A DNA stretch of 64,000 nucleotides, taken from assembly GCA_963778655.1 (NCBI GenBank), contig CAVZVA010000010.1, positions 128,001-192,000 of the forward strand, in the 5' to 3' direction. The position numbers were made by a program, and so were the translations under genes. Positions within the stretch are counted from its first letter, which is position 1, and each line of letters begins with the position of its first letter. Below are positions 53,454 through 62,652 of the stretch, one piece after another. Source of the stretch: an uncultured delta proteobacterium. GTDB lineage: Bacteria; Myxococcota_A; Polyangia; Polyangiales; JAFGIB01. The notes beneath the pieces are model-generated. The model searched no databases. It saw only the letters and a program-made list of their open reading frames with translations, and was not told the origin of the DNA.

Positions 53454-54212
53454 CTACGGGCACAGGGCGGCTTGAACGGTCTGGCAGGTTGCGGCCAGGC
53501 CTTGCTGCACGACCATCTGGCACGGTGAGCGACGCGGCGGCGGCAAGCTTCCGCAGCACGCGGTCAACGACGTGCATGCGCTCGGGTCGCCGCCGGGCGG
53601 ACACAGCGCAGCCGTGAGCTGCTCGCACTCGAGCGGTGTTCCGCTCATCGCCGTGGATGCGCAGGCGACGCGGACCGCGCCCCGGGGCAAAGAATCGCAA
53701 CATTGGCTCAGCGTCCCGCACGCGAGCGTCCCCGCGTCGCCGCCCGCCGACGTGCACGCTACCTGCTTGAACTGGTCGCAGCTCGCGTCATCGGCGTTGC
53801 CCGCGATCAGCTCGCAGCTCATGCGGTCGGCGTCTGCCAACGACGCGCAGCACTGCATCAGCCCTGCGCAGCCCGGGCCCGGTGCAGCCACCTGGCCTGC
53901 GTCACTCGGCCCAGCGTCCAGCGCCTTGCCGGCGTCGGTGACGGCACCTCCGCCGCCGGCGTCACCGCCCGTTCCTTCACTGCCCGCGCCGCCGTCTTCG
54001 TCCGGGAGCGCGCCCGTGTCCCCGCCCGAGCCGCCCGTAGAGCCGTGCCCTCCGCCGCTCTTGCCGCCTCCGCCGGCGGCCTTGCCGCCGTCAAGGCTCG
54101 GCTCCGCGCCCGCATCCAGGCCCCCATCTTTGGTGATGAACACGTGCCGGTCGCTGCAGCCAGCGATCAACGCGAGCGCAAGCACACCCGCGCTTGTGAT
54201 CGTTCCCCGCAT
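53454..54212 (-). CDS. Lipoprotein with three six-Cys repeats
   Basis: IAGC lipobox, Gly-rich linker, CxxLxxCCxSL...C...C...C three times. Confidence 0.8.
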   Translation of the reverse strand: MRGTITSAGVLALALIAGCSDRHVFITKDGGLDAGAEPSLDGGKAAGGGGKSGGGHGSTGGSGGDTGALPDEDGGAGSEGTGGDAGGGGAVTDAGKALDAGPSDAGQVAAPGPGCAGLMQCCASLADADRMSCELIAGNADDASCDQFKQVACTSAGGDAGTLACGTLSQCCDSLPRGAVRVACASTAMSGTPLECEQLTAALCPPGGDPSACTSLTACCGSLPPPRRSPCQMVVQQGLAATCQTVQAALCP

Positions 54213-54438
54213 GCTCAGGTCCCTTCGTTGGGCGCGCGCAGCCCTTGCGCACCGCCTCTCGCCACGTCCACCTGGGCGCACCCTGTCCCTCACTGTCGGC
54301 GCGGGCCTCGCTGCGGTTGAAAAAAATGCCACGTAGCTCGAGTCGGTGCAGGCGATGGTGGCCGAAGCGCAAGCGGCGCCCGTGCCGAAGTGAGGGACGT
54401 CGGATTTTCGGCCGGCCGGGGTCCACCGGCCGTAGGTA

Positions 54439-54454
54439 GCTTGTCTTGACAAGC
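54439..54454. promoter_or_regulatory. Palindromic operator overlapping a TTGACA
   Basis: GCTTGTC-TT-GACAAGC, about 30 bp upstream of the LLM gene. Confidence 0.4.
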
Positions 54455-54482
54455 GTGGCTGGGCTTGGCTGAGTGGAGTCGC

Positions 54483-54880
54483 ATGCAGCTCGACGCCGCG
54501 ATCCCAGGCGCGCCGCTCGACGAATGCGGCAGAGCCGCAGCACAGGCCGAGGAGATCGGTTTCTCCGCGGTCTGGAGCTCCGAGACCAACCACGATCCGT
54601 TTCTGCCGCTGGTGCTCGCCGCGCAACGCACCGCGCGCGTGACGCTCGGCACCTCGAACGCCGTGGCGTTCCCGCGTAGTCCCTTGGTGCTGGCGCAGCT
54701 GGCGTGGGATCTGCAGTCATACAGCAAGGGTCGTTTCGTGCTCGGGCTCGGCACGCAGGTCAAAGCCCACAACGAGCGCCGCTTCGGCGTGCCGTGGGGC
54801 GAGCCTGGGCCAAGGCTGCGCGAGATGCTGCAGATGATTCACGCGGTCTGGGACACGTGGCAAGACGGCAAGCGCCCGGC
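54483..54880 (+). pseudogene. LLM-class F420-dependent oxidoreductase, 3'-truncated
   Basis: ETNHDPFLPL, AFPRSP, GRFVLGLGTQVKAHNERRFG; similarity stops after WQDG. Confidence 0.85.
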
Positions 54881-54938
54881 AATGCGGGTCTTGCGCACAT
54901 CCGCTGGCGTGGGACGCGGACCCGGGGGCGCCCGCGGG

Positions 54939-55523
54939 TCACCTCGGGCTGGCTCGGTCGGCACGTGCGCGTCGTCCAGCGCCTCGATCCCGTTCCCGTG
55001 TTGTCCGGGCATAGCGAGCTGCTGGTGCAACTGGTGGTAAACCTCCGAGGGCCGGGTCGGCCAACTGCGTTGGCGGCAGGCCCCGAACGCGGCAGTGAAG
55101 CTCCCACAGAGCAACCCGGTTGCTGTCCCAGCTAAGGCGTCGATGTGCCTCGAGGAACGGAAGCCACGCGTGCTCGCAGTGCTCGGCCGAGAGTCGCAGC
55201 GCCGTGTCGTGAACCGCCACGCCGAAGGCGTGCTCGGGAACGACAAAGACATCGCTAGGCCAGTGCTCGGTCCCCGCGAAGACCGACGCCGGTATGGATG
55301 CCCGCGCATCCAGTTGTACCCAACGTTCGACAGCTACAATTTGGGTCTCCTCGGACGTCTCGCGGACCGCTGCTTCGTATGGTGTCTCCAGGCCCTCGCC
55401 GCCGCCCGAGATTGCCTGCCACATCGTCCGAATCTTGCTGCGCCGGAAGATCGCGTAGAGCGGTTCGCCACCTGGCGGCTCGAAGAAAGGAAGTACGATG
55501 ACCTGAAACGGGGCACGCGCCAT
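54939..55523 (-). CDS. NUDIX pyrophosphatase (NudB-like); C-terminus may be read-through
   Basis: RAPFQVIV, WQAISGGGEGLETPYEAAVRETSEE, LSAEH. Confidence 0.85.
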   Translation of the reverse strand: MARAPFQVIVLPFFEPPGGEPLYAIFRRSKIRTMWQAISGGGEGLETPYEAAVRETSEETQIVAVERWVQLDARASIPASVFAGTEHWPSDVFVVPEHAFGVAVHDTALRLSAEHCEHAWLPFLEAHRRLSWDSNRVALWELHCRVRGLPPTQLADPALGGLPPVAPAARYARTTRERDRGAGRRARADRASPR

Positions 55524-55539
55524 TTTCGTTCTGCCTTGG

Positions 55540-56100
55540 TCAGGTGGCCTGGGGCGCGGACAATGCAGAAGCACTCGCAGCTCTTGCGAGCAAGACGCGC
55601 TCGAACGGCTGGAGCGGCTGTTTGAGCGCTTCGGTCATCGAACGAAATGCGCCGCCGCGTTCGTATCCGTCGGGGTCCCGTGCCTTCGGGTCAAACTGGG
55701 CCGGCTCGGCCAGGAATACTTGCCACAAGAAATCGGGATAGATGACGCGCCCGACGCTGACTGGTGCCGGGGTCTCGTAGCGAAAGTGGATGACGCTGAA
55801 TGCGGACGGGTTGCAGATCGACCAGGCCGTCTCTTCGACAACCTCGCGGCGCGCTGCATCCAGTGCGGTCTCGCCCGGCTTCCGCCTCCCACCGGGAATC
55901 ACGTGCTTACCGTCCTGGTTCTCTCCCACCAGCACGCGACCACGTTTGAGCACGAGAGCTCGACCCGCGAGCACAAATGCATCCGGAGGGGCATCGGCCG
56001 TGAAGTAGCCCCGAAGCGCCAATCGGTGCTCACGCCATGCGATCGACTGGCCAAAGTCAGGGGCCCGGTGCTCCAGAAACGCCGCCAGCTCACGATCCAT
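55540..56100 (-). CDS. NUDIX hydrolase
   Basis: PGGRRKPGETALDAARREVVEET Nudix box. Confidence 0.85.
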   Translation of the reverse strand: MDRELAAFLEHRAPDFGQSIAWREHRLALRGYFTADAPPDAFVLAGRALVLKRGRVLVGENQDGKHVIPGGRRKPGETALDAARREVVEETAWSICNPSAFSVIHFRYETPAPVSVGRVIYPDFLWQVFLAEPAQFDPKARDPDGYERGGAFRSMTEALKQPLQPFERVLLARAASASALSAPQAT

Positions 56101-56284
56101 CGCCGCTCGTCAACCCAATGAACCTGGGGCTCAGCTCTGCAAACCCGCACCTTTCGGCACAGGCAGCCGCGCATGAATGGTCGCGCCAACTACGCCGAAC
56201 ATCAAGGCGAGATAGCGCTGGTATGCGCCGGCCGTCTGGTATGCGTCGGCGGTCCGACGTAGGATTGCCCGCGCGGGAGGCATC

Positions 56285-57097
56285 ATGTCCTACGAGACGA
56301 TTCTGTACGGCGTGGCAGACGGTGTCGCGACCATCACCCTGAACCGACCCGATCGCATGAACGCGTGGAACGCGAAGATCGCCTCCGAGCTCAGCGAAGG
56401 GCTTTCGGCGGCCAATCAGGACGACACGGTCCGAGCCGTCGTCATCACCGGCGCGGGCAAGGCGTTTTGCGCGGGAGCCGATCTGGGTCGTGGCGGCGAC
56501 ACCTGGTCGGCTCCACCGCGTTCGAGCCCGAGTCCGAGCCCGGAGCGTCCCAAGGCGGTCTTCCCCTGGGAGATCGACAAGCCCGTGGTGGCCGCGATCA
56601 ACGGTCACGCCATCGGCGTGGGCATCACCTACGCCATGATGTGCGATGTGCGCTTCGTCGCCGAAGACGCCAAGATCCAGTTTGCGTTCGTTCGCCGCGG
56701 AATCATCCCTGAGCTCGCCTCGCACTTGATCGTGCCCCGTGTGATCGGCTTCTCGAAGGCGGCGGACCTGCTGATGACCGGCCGCACGATTCGCGGACGT
56801 GAGGCCGCCGATCTCGGCCTGGCCACGAAGGCACTTCCCGCCGACGAGGTGCTGGCCGCCGCGCGCGAGCACGCGCGCGAATACGCGAGCGCCGCACCCG
56901 TGTCGGTCGCGATCAGCAAGCGGCTGCTTTGGGATGGGATGTCGCTCACGGTTCCCGAGATGCGCAAGCGCGAGGATCCGCTGTTCGCGTGGTCCGGACG
57001 ACAAGCCGACGCGCGCGAAGGCGTGGTGTCGTTCCTCGAGAAGCGCGCACCGGCTTGGAAGCTTTCGGCGAGCAGCGACAAGCCTGAAGGCCTTTGA
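56285..57097 (+). CDS. Enoyl-CoA hydratase/isomerase
   Basis: LNRPDRMNA, FCAGADL, AAINGHAIGVG. Confidence 0.94.
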   Translation: MSYETILYGVADGVATITLNRPDRMNAWNAKIASELSEGLSAANQDDTVRAVVITGAGKAFCAGADLGRGGDTWSAPPRSSPSPSPERPKAVFPWEIDKPVVAAINGHAIGVGITYAMMCDVRFVAEDAKIQFAFVRRGIIPELASHLIVPRVIGFSKAADLLMTGRTIRGREAADLGLATKALPADEVLAAAREHAREYASAAPVSVAISKRLLWDGMSLTVPEMRKREDPLFAWSGRQADAREGVVSFLEKRAPAWKLSASSDKPEGL

Positions 57098-57292
57098 CGG
57101 AGTTCTGCCCGGAGCACTTCGCCCTGAGCCCAACGCTCGTGCGCACGGGCTTGCGTTGGTGCGCGACCGCGTCGCCACGGCGCGCGGCATCGTGCCCGAG
57201 CTTCCCCACGTCAATCGCGTGCATGTGCGCGCCCGGAAACTGACGCTCGCGGAGAAGCTGTCGGTGGCCGCTGGCCGTGCTCAACAGGCCGG

Positions 57293-58603
57293 ATGAGCAG
57301 CGCGGTTCGGAACTCCTACGATCATCGACTTCGACAAGCCATCGTGGAAACAGGCGACCCCGACCTCTTTCCCGAGCTGCTCATTCCCGATTCCACACGC
57401 AGAACCTGGATGCGCCGCGGTGTCGCGAACGTTGTCAGCTTTGATCGGGCCGACGCACACATCCTCGCATTGCAGGTGCACAACGCCAAGCTCCGCAAGC
57501 GAATGACGATCTTGGTCGCGCTCGTTCGATTGCTCGTCACCTTGGTTCGCGTACGAGGTCTGTCCATCGAGCACGCGCGCGTTCCTACGACTGCCGCCAA
57601 GGACAAGCTCCTGCGAGCGGTCGCAGCCGCAGAGCCAGTACTCGGCCGTGCCGCTGCTTTGAAGATCTTGGGGTTGAGCGACGGCCGGTTGCGTAGCTGG
57701 ACGCAACGACAGACGCTTTGCATGCTTGACGACGCGCCCCCCTGCCCTCGGACGACGCCGGGACGCCTCACTCGAGACGAGGTCAGTACCATGCGTGACC
57801 TCGTCGAGTCCGACGACTTCAAGCACTTCTCGCTTCGTTCGCTGTCGCTCGATGCCCAGCGTCTTGGCACCGTCTTCGCCAGCTACGGAACCTGGTGCCG
57901 AATGCTGCGCGTGTATGGCTGGCGCCGACCTCGCAAACGACTCTACCCCGCCAAACCCAAGGTCGGAATTCGCGCCACTCGACCAAACGAGTGGTTTCAT
58001 ATCGATGTCACGATCATTCGCCTCCTCGACGGCGCCCGCTGCTATCTGCATGCCGTGATGGACGGCTTCTCCAGGCGCGTGCTCGCATGGACTCTGCGAC
58101 CCAGGCTGTCGGCAGAGGGCACCCGGCGTGTCCTGGGCGACGCACTCGCGCGGGTACCCGGCGCCCGGGTCAACGTGCTCACCGACGGCGGCTGTGAAAA
58201 CACAATCGTCGGCACCGACCAAGAGCTCAGCGCCGTCGCGGACCACGTGGTCGCCCAGGTCGATATCACCCAGTCCAATTCGATGATCGAATCGCTGTGG
58301 TCTCAGCTCCGTCATCGCTGGCTCTACCTGCATTCGCTCGACTCTTTTGCGCGGCTCGAACATCTCATCGCTGTTTATATTGTCGATCACAACTCCAGGA
58401 TCCCGACCATGGCCCTGGGCGGCCGCACGCCAGATGAAGCCTATTTCGGTCGCGAGACCAACCTCCCTCGACAACTCAGGGACCAGCATCTCGAAGCCCA
58501 ACGCCTGCGTGTCGAGACTAACCGGCGGACGACTTGCTTGAGCTGTAGCTCCGTTGAGGCGCAGCATACGACTCCGGGATCGCCGCCGGGACTGGTTGCG
58601 TAA
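57293..58603 (+). mobile_element. Intact DDE (integrase-core) transposase
   Basis: 436 aa; PNEWFHIDVT, MDGFSR, TDGG.EN, SNSMIES; 11-bp stem hairpin at 58610-58639; no terminal IRs identified. Confidence 0.88.
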
Positions 58604-58679
58604 TCGGCAGAACCCGTTTCGTCCGGCGGAAACGGGTTCGCGCAAATGCGCGCCGGACTTCTTGGAATGCTCGGGCACA

Positions 58680-58832
58680 ATGCTGTGCTCCATGACGGGC
58701 CACGTCACCGAGCGCATGACCGAGCACTACTCGCACGTGGAGGACTACGAGAAGCGCAAGGCCGTCAGCACGGTCTTGCAACTCGTCTCCACCGCACAAA
58801 GTGGAACATCCGGTGGAAGGTCGGTGGACTAG
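58680..58832 (+). pseudogene. Tyrosine integrase C-terminal tail
   Basis: SMTGHVTERMTEHYSHV..EKRKAV. Confidence 0.8.
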
Positions 58833-58888
58833 GCCGCCAGGGCCGAATCGGAACGGCGACTAACTAGCCGAACTTCCTAGACAATCAC

Positions 58889-58932
58889 GGAGCGGGAGAA
58901 GGGATTCGAACCCTCGACGTCAACCTTGGCAA
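58889..58932 (-). repeat. att core: 3' 44 nt of tRNA-Gly(GCC)
   Basis: Reverse complement TTGCCAAGGTTGACGTCGAGGGTTCGAATCCCTTCTCCCGCTCC = anticodon loop through acceptor strand; no 5' half. Confidence 0.9.
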
Positions 58933-59225
58933 TAGGCCCAAAGTTCCCAACTCGTGAGCGAAATTCAGCAATAACAACGCGGTCGCACGCACACGTGAGC
59001 ACGCAAGGGAACACAGAAGCACGAGGGCAGGAGTCAAGGAGGGGTCGAGAGTTTGGTGGCTGCACTATGCCACGTGGACTCTCTCGCGATCACGCCCCTC
59101 GCGCGCGCACTGACCGTCAACGTTGACCACCTCCGCCAGGGCGGCATACGTTCCGGCGCGTCCCGCTGCTCATGGGCTTGTCGTTTGCTGTGATCCGCTA
59201 GGTGCGGTCGGGCCAGGCCTTCGCA

Positions 59226-60017
59226 TCATCTCTTTTGCGTCGACAACCCTTTGCGGAACGCGTTCAGTCGCCCGCGGAGCGCTTCGCGGGGTTCCGGGTG
59301 ACCGCTAATCGATGCGCGTGCGAGTCGTTCGAATGGCGCGGAGTCGGGCAGGTCAACCGCACGCAGAAATGCGTCGATGAGCGCGCGGTGGCTCGGCTCA
59401 GCGATTTCGGCGATGTCGATGCCGAGCGCCAGCGCGGGCTGGTCCCCGAAGTCCGGTACTTCCGAAAGCCGGGGATCTTCCCAACGACGCGTGTCGTCCA
59501 CTGGAAGGTAATCAGACAGGACGTAGCCGAGATCTTCGAGGTCGCGATCGCGTTCGGTTGGGCGATCGAGCCAGGCGACCATCTTCAGCACCACGATGAC
59601 CGGAAGGGTCGCCACGGCGATCGATACGTCGGGCTCTAGACGGATCTCCCGAGTGTGCCGAAACGCGAGGTCGAACGCGGCCAAGTTCATCACGTGTCCG
59701 CTATCGGCAAAGACGAGACGTCCGCTCGCAAGCTCGGCGTGCGAGGCGGGAAGGATGTCGAGACGAACGTTGGTGCCGGGCACCTGCCACCGGTGCTCCA
59801 CCTTCGGATGGCGCTCGAGCCCGAGGTGTTGCAGGTCGACTGCGACACTCGCGGAGTCGGCCACCACAGTGAGGTCCAGGTCCGCGGTTCGACGCCAGGT
59901 CATCGGCAGATGCGCCCCGAGCGCTGCGGCGCCTATCAGCACAACCTGTCGGTCCGGCCACGCGCGACGCAGTCGGGCGAGCACTTGCACTTGCTCGGGT
60001 GAAAGAGCGGAGTTCAC
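59226..60017 (-). CDS. AbiEii/MenT-like nucleotidyltransferase toxin (type IV TA)
   Basis: LIGAAA...RRTADLD, LDILP, LKMVAWLDR...RDLED; coupled to AbiEi by a GTGA overlap. Confidence 0.85.
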   Translation of the reverse strand: MNSALSPEQVQVLARLRRAWPDRQVVLIGAAALGAHLPMTWRRTADLDLTVVADSASVAVDLQHLGLERHPKVEHRWQVPGTNVRLDILPASHAELASGRLVFADSGHVMNLAAFDLAFRHTREIRLEPDVSIAVATLPVIVVLKMVAWLDRPTERDRDLEDLGYVLSDYLPVDDTRRWEDPRLSEVPDFGDQPALALGIDIAEIAEPSHRALIDAFLRAVDLPDSAPFERLARASISGHPEPREALRGRLNAFRKGLSTQKR

Positions 60018-61081
60018 CTGTAGCGCTCCTCGCTCAACCAGCGCTCTGCGATTTCGCGCGCGGCTTCACGTGCCCGCTCGTTGCGCTCGAACAGCAGCTC
60101 CGAATACACGAGCAAGGGATGCGCCGTGTCGTCCGTCACGCCCTGTTGTGCCAGCAGCCCAGGGTACGCGACGAGCTCGAGCGGCCCCGAGCGATCCGGG
60201 ATGGCTCGCAGTCTGCGGACGATATCCGGCGACAGCTCGGCGGTATGGACGATCGTGTGAGCACCTCGGTAGTGGCCGGTCAGCCGGTGCGCAGCGGCAC
60301 CGCCGCCCCAGCGGAAGTCCTCCCGCTTGCCGAGCAGCGCCCCAAGGCGCTCCTCGAGCGCGGCCGGATCTGGGTCAGGTGTGCGGAATCGGCCCAACAC
60401 CAGGCGCGGTCGAAGCGCCGTGAAGTAGCCTGTCACGAACGTGTCGAGCGCACCTTTGTGTCGCCCAGGTACCCACCGGAAAGTTCGTCCTGTTTGGACG
60501 AGGGTTCCGAGCTCAACAAGTCTGTGGCGCATGTCGAGAGCGGCCTGCCGGCTCACGCCCGCGGCCTCCGCCAGAGCCCGCACGGAAGCCCCGGCCAGCG
60601 ACGGCTCGGCCAGAAGTGCGAAAAGGGCGCGGTAGGCCGGCGCGCGCAGAGCCTTGCCGCCAGCGACGGGAGTGGGGCCCCTGCGGCCCTGAATGCGCGC
60701 GACATACTTGCCGCCGAGATTGAGGTAGCAGTTGCCAGCCAGATCCATGAAGGCAACACGCTCGCGTTCGAGTAGGTCCCCGAGCTCACGCCCAACCGAC
60801 GGCGCGAGCAGCAACAGGCGCGCTCGATCGCGAGCGCGCGCCGAGGCACGAAGCGAGAGGAGCTGCTCTGCCATGGCAGGAGACCAATGGCTCTTCTTCA
60901 CTTCGGCCAACAGCCGCTGTTTGCCAGACTCGGTACGAAGCTCCAGCTCGTAGTCGAAGACCTGATCCACCTCGGACCGCATCACGCGAACGTCTCGCAC
61001 GAACGGCAGCGCACGAAGGCGAGCCAGGTACGGTTGGAGCTCGCTAGGCCCAGCCTGCATGCTGGTCTGGTAGCATGTCAT
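60014..61081 (-). CDS. AbiEi-family antitoxin (type IV TA)
   Basis: FMDLAGNCYL, HTH region, WGGGAAA, AHPLLVYSELL...RAREAA; start may be ATG 61060. Confidence 0.85.
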   Translation of the reverse strand: MTCYQTSMQAGPSELQPYLARLRALPFVRDVRVMRSEVDQVFDYELELRTESGKQRLLAEVKKSHWSPAMAEQLLSLRASARARDRARLLLLAPSVGRELGDLLERERVAFMDLAGNCYLNLGGKYVARIQGRRGPTPVAGGKALRAPAYRALFALLAEPSLAGASVRALAEAAGVSRQAALDMRHRLVELGTLVQTGRTFRWVPGRHKGALDTFVTGYFTALRPRLVLGRFRTPDPDPAALEERLGALLGKREDFRWGGGAAAHRLTGHYRGAHTIVHTAELSPDIVRRLRAIPDRSGPLELVAYPGLLAQQGVTDDTAHPLLVYSELLFERNERAREAAREIAERWLSEERYR

Positions 61082-61112
61082 TTACTAAGTGACAAACGAT
61101 TATAAATGACAT
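61075..61112. promoter_or_regulatory. Inverted repeat, putative AbiEi operator
   Basis: ATGTCATTTA-N18-TAAATGACAT in an AT-rich patch at the abiEi start. Confidence 0.6.
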
Positions 61113-61179
61113 CGCGGCGCTTGGCTTACAGCGGGGTACGCCGGTCCACGCTCCGGCAGGCCACGACCGGCGAAGTTGG

Positions 61180-61290
61180 CCACTCGATGACGGGTCACGT
61201 CACTTAGCGCATGACCGAGCACTACTCGCACGTGGGCACGGACGTGAAACGCACCGCCGTGCTGCGAGCCCTGGCCCCGCTTTCAGCCGC
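61180..61290 (+). pseudogene. Tyrosine integrase C-terminal tail
   Basis: SMTGHVT-stop-RMTEHYSHVGTDVKRTAV, homologous to 58680-58832. Confidence 0.75.
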
Positions 61291-61369
61291 TCAGGTGGGG
61301 ACAAGTGCCGCGGCGACGAACGACGCCAGCAGCACTGTCCCCTAAGTGTCTCAAAACTCAGCCAAAAAC

Positions 61370-61413
61370 GGAGCGGGAGAAGGGATTCGAACCCTCGACG
61401 TCAACCTTGGCAA
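61370..61413 (-). repeat. att core: 3' 44 nt of tRNA-Gly(GCC)
   Basis: Identical to 58889-58932. Confidence 0.9.
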
Positions 61414-61612
61414 TCGTCCTCGTCCTCCGAGATCGCACGCGAAGCGCTACTTTCCCGGCAACCCGAGCGCACGCACGAGCACGCAGGATCTCCGAGGCGC
61501 AGGTGGTTGCAGTCAACGCGAAGTCAACCGGCATGGCGTCGAGGCGCGGGAAGTGTCGCCAGCGCGGGGCGCCGCGTGGTGGCTGCGCCCGTGCTGCGCT
61601 ACGATGCGCACC

Positions 61613-61846
61613 ATGGCTGCGGACGGCACTCGTGACGAATCGACGGCGGAGCGCTGCGAGCGCACGCTGGCCGTGCGCGGTCCGGAGCCGGCCTTCGATG
61701 ATCAGGGCGTCGATCTCACCCAGATCCGGGCGGCGCTCGCTCGCACGCCCGACGAGCGGCTCTCGCACCTCGAGGCCAGCGCCAACAGCCTTCGCTGGTT
61801 GCTGAAGGCGGCGCACGCTCCGCGTACCGATGTCGACGCCGTCTGA
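61613..61846 (+). CDS. Small GVDLTQIR-motif protein, putative antitoxin (paralog of 1548-1781)
   Basis: Near-identical translation to the first copy. Confidence 0.65.
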   Translation: MAADGTRDESTAERCERTLAVRGPEPAFDDQGVDLTQIRAALARTPDERLSHLEASANSLRWLLKAAHAPRTDVDAV

Positions 61847-62321
61847 CTATCGTAGGCTCTTTCGCGAGCTCGCTGCGGAACGCGTCGAGTTCATCGTCGT
61901 GGGCGCCCTCGCGGCGGTGCTCCAGGGTGCGCCGATCGTCACCTTCGATCTCGACATTCTGCGCAGGCGCACGCCCGAGAACATCGAGCGCCTGTTACGT
62001 GTGCTCGAGCGCCTGAAGGCCGTCGCGCGCAACGACCCACGACGCATCCCGCCCAACGCCTCCCACCTTGGTGGTCCTGGCCATCTGCTGCTGGACACCA
62101 CCGCCGGCGACCTCGACATTCTCGGCACGATCGAGGAGTCCACGGGCTACGACGAGCTCTTGGACGAGACCATCGAGATCGAGCTGGAGGGCGCCCGCGT
62201 CCGCGTGCTCCGACTCGAGCGCGTGATTCGAGCCAAGGAGGCCGCGGGGAGGCCCAAGGACCTCGCCGTACTGCCGGTGCTGCGCGCGACGCTCGAGCAA
62301 ATCCGCCGCCGACAGCGGTGA
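61830..62321 (+). CDS. Nucleotidyltransferase, putative toxin (paralog of 1765-2256)
   Basis: VVGALAAVLQG...TFDLDI, GRPKD. Confidence 0.8.
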   Translation: MSTPSDYRRLFRELAAERVEFIVVGALAAVLQGAPIVTFDLDILRRRTPENIERLLRVLERLKAVARNDPRRIPPNASHLGGPGHLLLDTTAGDLDILGTIEESTGYDELLDETIEIELEGARVRVLRLERVIRAKEAAGRPKDLAVLPVLRATLEQIRRRQR

Positions 62322-62652
62322 GCGCCTAGTCAGCATGAAGAGGGTGTCTTGCCCGTCCGGGAAGTGAACCCATAATCCTTTCTGCGAAGCAGGCTCCCCC
62401 AATGTATCGGGAGGCCTGCTTAATTCCGCGCGGCAGAAGCGACGTGGTCGTGCGGCTCACTGCCGCAGAGGCATCCTCTACGAAGAAGGCGCGTTGCCGG
62501 GCGTGAAGGTCTCCGCCGCCGAGGTCATCTCGAGGGTCGCGCCTGCAGTGGATCACGTGCTCGCTCATCACGCGTCAGATCGCACCGAGCGGCTTCAAGC
62601 TCACCGAGCTTCCTCAGCACGGCGATGGGTGATAGCCGGGGTGGTGTACGGC

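Noticed and set aside
56190..56230. attC-like end beside the NUDIX genes
   Set aside because: Only GCCGAAC; no convincing paired L/R boxes.
58889..58932. Functional tRNA-Gly gene (also at 1224, 46573 and 61370)
   Set aside because: Only the anticodon loop to 3' acceptor strand is present; no D-arm or 5' acceptor strand adjacent.
38030..61413. Prophage
   Set aside because: No capsid, terminase, tail or replication genes; only integrase tails.
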